A stretch of DNA of 64,000 bases. It comes from an uncultured Saprospiraceae bacterium. GTDB lineage: Bacteria; Bacteroidota; Bacteroidia; Chitinophagales; Saprospiraceae. The position numbers and the translations under genes are program-made. Where the stretch lies: contig CAZMMQ010000007.1 of NCBI GenBank assembly GCA_964567435.1, positions 31,931 through 95,930 on the forward strand. Reading direction: 5' to 3'. Shown here one piece after another: positions 61,261 to 64,000 of this stretch. Below the pieces are notes generated by a model. It searched no databases. It had not been told where the DNA came from and saw only the letters and a program-made list of their open reading frames with translations. Numbering within the stretch: the first letter of the stretch is position 1; every line of letters starts with the position of its first letter.

Positions 61261-63801
61261 ATGAAAAAGTCTCTTCTATTTATTTTTATGTTACTGTTTA
61301 TACTTGAGCTATCTGGACAGGAATTCCTAGGATTTTCTAACAATTGGTATTTCGGAAATCGAGCGGCAATATCCTTTAATACTGATCCTCCCACTGCCTT
61401 AGCTGATAGTCCTCTGAATACACAAGAAGGTGTTGCGACCATATCGGATTTTGAAGGTCAATTATTATTCTACACGGATGGAATTACAGTTTGGGATAGA
61501 AATAATATACCTATGCCAAATGGAAATGCCAGCCTTTTGGGTAATTTTTCATCTACTCAGTCAGGAGTCATCGTACCTAATCTCATGGATCCGAACCTAT
61601 ACTATCTATTTACGACTGATGAATTGGCTGGGGCAAACGGACTGTCTTATTCAGTTATTGATTTAAACTTACAAGGAAATGGCTCTGCTGCCAATCCAAT
61701 GGGGGATGTCGTACTTAGTGAAAGAAATATCCAATTAGCAACTCCTGTTACCGAAAAGATAACCGCTATAGTAAAAAGTGACAATTTAGGATATTGGCTA
61801 ATTGCTCATGGATGGAACAACAATGATTTTTTGGTTTTTGAAGTGACCTGTGATGGCGTTAATGAAACACCTGTTATCAGTAGTGTTGGTCCTGAACATG
61901 GAGGCGATATGATAAATGCAGTTGGCTATTTGAAAGCTACCTTAGGAGGAGAAATGTTAGGGGTTACTAATAGATTAGACAACAGTGTTGGTCTTTATGA
62001 TTTCGATACTGAAACAGGTGTTGTCAGTAATTATCAAAGAATAGTTACGCCAAGCACCTCTCTGTATGGTCTAGAATTTTCACCTTCAACTGAATTTTTA
62101 TATATAGCTGGATTGGATGAAATATATCAATATAATCTATCCACACAACAACAGCAATCAATACCAATTACAGGACAAGCAATCTTGAACAGCAATAATG
62201 TATTCAGAGCCCTCCAACTTGGTCCAGATAATAGAATATATGTTTCTGTTAGGGATTTATCTTATTTGTCCTTTATAGAAAATTCGGATGAATCGAATGC
62301 CTCAGTAACTATAGAAGGCATATTCCTAGATATAGATAACTCCGGAAGGGCCTGTGACTTTGGATTACCAAATGTCTTTTTCTTCGATCAAAATCCGATG
62401 AATATTGTCACCGCCTCTAGTTGTGAAGGCGTACCTTTTATATTCAATAATGAGCCATTTGATCCAGGTGATGTATATGAGGTTAATCTTGTCAGTGTAG
62501 ATGGATGTGATTCGACAATAATATTAGATGTAGCATTATTAGAGAATTCCAGTCTTGATACACAACTGTCGACTTGCAACAATGAACCAGTCACCTATAA
62601 TGGAGAACAACTACAAGGGGGGACCACAACCATGTTTACTTTTACAAATAGTATAGGATGCGATAGCATTGAAACTGTTACTGTACTCAATGAAAATTCA
62701 ATTGAACTCCAAATTTCCGAATCTATCTGTTCTGGTGAATCTATCACGATTAATGGGGAAAACTTTAGTCAAGGTGGGTCTTTTACACAAATTTTAGATA
62801 ATCCTAATGGATGTGACACAATTCTTTCAATCCTAATTGAAGAAAATTCAAATGTTGTAAATTCTCTCTTTTTTGAACTTTGCGAGAATGAGTCCATAGA
62901 AATTAATGGTGTTAATTTTCAAGCTGGACAATCTGAAGATTTCATTCTACAATCAGCTTCAGGTTGCGATAGCATTCTTACAGTAATGACTTCTCTAGTA
63001 GAATCAGTTGTTACCGATTTAAATGAAATAATTTGTGAGGGAGAACAATTTATCCTGAATAATCAGACATTTGACACTGAAGGTACATTTACTGAAATAA
63101 TACCTTCTTCTAATGGTTGTGATAGTATTGTAATTCTTGACTTAGAGGTTCAACCATCACTAATGTCCACACAATCTATAGAACTGTGCGATGGTGATAC
63201 ATTTCAGTTCGGTAATGAAACAATTAATACAGGAGGGCAATTTGCTCAATCGTTTACTTCAAATACAGGCTGCGACAGTATAGTTACTTTAAATGTGGAA
63301 GTTATATCACCAATGAATGAAGAAAGAGACTTCTCATTCTGTGAAGATGACGGTATTGAAATTAATGGTATTTTCTTCACAGAATCAGGAACTTTTATTC
63401 AGGATATTATAGACGACAATGGATGTCAGGCAGAATTAATTTTGAATTTAACAGGACAGCAGTGTTCTGAATGTTTTCCAAGTATTCTTTCTAATAAAAT
63501 CTCAATACAAATTTATAAGAATAATCATGATTCATATAAAGTTGAGTTCTCAAATGAAATGTTTGGAACAGTAAGTCAGGTTATTAATTCTGAAAAAATA
63601 CCTGATATACTTTTATTGTATACTGCTATTACTCAAAATAAATTAAAAGAAAATCACGAATCATTAATAAAGAAATATATAGAAAAAGGCATTCTTCCAA
63701 GTCTAACAAAAAAGCAATCTACCGCATTGCAATATCATATGGACAGCAAATTCAAACATATACTATCTATGAAATTAAATAGTTCCTATCGACTATTTTG
63801 A
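61261..63801 (+). CDS. Secreted repeat protein F: paralog of E (same N-domain and about 8 Cys..GCDS modules) with no T9SS CTD and an unrelated Lys/Asn-rich tail
   Basis: Signal peptide MKKSLLFIFMLLFILELSGQ. The N-domain NNWYFGNRAAISFN...TQEGVATISDFEGQLLFYTDG.. is colinear with E. The C-terminal ~110 aa (..ISIQIYKNNHDSYKVEF...KKYIEKGILPSLTKKQ..SYRLF) lacks the DRWG / QGVY.Y motifs. Confidence 0.8.
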   Translation: MKKSLLFIFMLLFILELSGQEFLGFSNNWYFGNRAAISFNTDPPTALADSPLNTQEGVATISDFEGQLLFYTDGITVWDRNNIPMPNGNASLLGNFSSTQSGVIVPNLMDPNLYYLFTTDELAGANGLSYSVIDLNLQGNGSAANPMGDVVLSERNIQLATPVTEKITAIVKSDNLGYWLIAHGWNNNDFLVFEVTCDGVNETPVISSVGPEHGGDMINAVGYLKATLGGEMLGVTNRLDNSVGLYDFDTETGVVSNYQRIVTPSTSLYGLEFSPSTEFLYIAGLDEIYQYNLSTQQQQSIPITGQAILNSNNVFRALQLGPDNRIYVSVRDLSYLSFIENSDESNASVTIEGIFLDIDNSGRACDFGLPNVFFFDQNPMNIVTASSCEGVPFIFNNEPFDPGDVYEVNLVSVDGCDSTIILDVALLENSSLDTQLSTCNNEPVTYNGEQLQGGTTTMFTFTNSIGCDSIETVTVLNENSIELQISESICSGESITINGENFSQGGSFTQILDNPNGCDTILSILIEENSNVVNSLFFELCENESIEINGVNFQAGQSEDFILQSASGCDSILTVMTSLVESVVTDLNEIICEGEQFILNNQTFDTEGTFTEIIPSSNGCDSIVILDLEVQPSLMSTQSIELCDGDTFQFGNETINTGGQFAQSFTSNTGCDSIVTLNVEVISPMNEERDFSFCEDDGIEINGIFFTESGTFIQDIIDDNGCQAELILNLTGQQCSECFPSILSNKISIQIYKNNHDSYKVEFSNEMFGTVSQVINSEKIPDILLLYTAITQNKLKENHESLIKKYIEKGILPSLTKKQSTALQYHMDSKFKHILSMKLNSSYRLF
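62405..63465 (+). repeat. About 8 tandem ~44-50 aa Cys..GCDS modules in gene F
   Basis: CEGVPFIFNNEPF..VDGCDSTIILDV / CNNEPVTYNGEQL..SIGCDSIETVTV / CSGESITINGENF..PNGCDTILSILI / CENESIEINGVNF..ASGCDSILTVM / CEGEQFILNNQTF..SNGCDSIVILDL / CDGDTFQFGNETI..NTGCDSIVTLNV / CEDDGIEINGIFF..DNGCQAELILNL. Confidence 0.8.
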
Positions 63802-64000
63802 TGGAGAAACTATCTGTTATTATTTGCACATATAATCGAGTGAAATTTATTTCTTCTGCACTGGACCATTTAGTGCATCAAGATTTAAACTCAAAGGAAT
63901 ACGAGATTCTAATTATCAACAACAATTCTACCGATGATACTGAAAGAGTAGTTGAGGAATACATTAACAGTAATACTTCTCATAACATTCGTCAAGTCTT
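63801..64000 (+). CDS. Family 2 glycosyltransferase (partial; continues beyond the window)
   Basis: MEKLSVIICTYNRVKFISSALDHLVHQDLNSKEYEILIINNNSTDDT is the canonical GT2 N-terminus. The ATG overlaps the stop of gene F (TGATG). Confidence 0.75.
   Translation, partial: MEKLSVIICTYNRVKFISSALDHLVHQDLNSKEYEILIINNNSTDDTERVVEEYINSNTSHNIRQV

Noticed and set aside
61119-61442. The 107-aa minus-strand ORF spanning the E/F intergenic region and the 5' end of gene F.
   Set aside because: It overlaps the well-supported start of gene F in antisense, has no motifs, and lies in AT-rich promoter sequence.
1-64000. A search by eye for CRISPR arrays, rRNA or tRNA genes, transposases, integrases, phage genes, toxin-antitoxin pairs or recognisable defence-system genes.
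   Set aside because: I found none. All sizeable ORFs are accounted for by the calls above or are hypothetical proteins without nuclease, ATPase or recombinase motifs. The only regular tandem repeats are in-frame protein-coding modules.

Overview
The window looks like a chromosomal segment of a Bacteroidota genome. I infer this from the T9SS type B C-terminal sorting domains, a CarboxypepD_reg-type TonB-dependent receptor behind a TPP riboswitch, and TAnnTTTG-like -7 boxes. By eye the GC content is about 40%.

Layout:
- 1-14 kb: housekeeping and regulatory genes. These are an M20 peptidase, a membrane AraC regulator, cdaA, a prolyl oligopeptidase, miaE, a DES1-like sphingolipid desaturase, a REC-LuxR regulator, a multi-PAS histidine kinase and cmk.
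- 14.1-38.9 kb: four head-to-tail giant genes of 2707, 1697, 1021 and 2586 aa. They encode acidic, Cys-rich, modular secreted proteins, each with its own signal peptide and a T9SS type B (CHU_C-like) C-terminal domain.
- 39.3-43.8 kb: a small predicted OM beta-barrel, then pnuC-like transporter, NadR-like P-loop kinase, TPP riboswitch and TonB-dependent receptor.
- 43.9-47.4 kb: a hypothetical gene, era, der and rfbC.
- 47.4-56.9 kb: a nonulosonic-acid (sialic-acid-like) and nucleotide-sugar locus. It has two NeuB-type synthases, two cytidylyltransferases, wecB, a sugar dehydrogenase, PseG-like and pyruvyl-transferase-like genes, and a GT42/Maf-like candidate transferase.
- 57.1-63.8 kb: two divergently transcribed paralogous repeat proteins. 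One has a T9SS CTD and one does not. A GT2 glycosyltransferase follows, partial at the window end.

I recognised no rRNA, tRNA, CRISPR array, transposase or integrase.

The most unusual content is the giant T9SS cargo array, the repeat-protein pair whose modules each carry a Bacteroidota O-glycosylation sequon next to the glycan locus, and the placement of the riboswitch inside the pnuC-kinase-receptor gene string. All domain calls come from motif recognition by eye. None has been checked against an HMM or a database.
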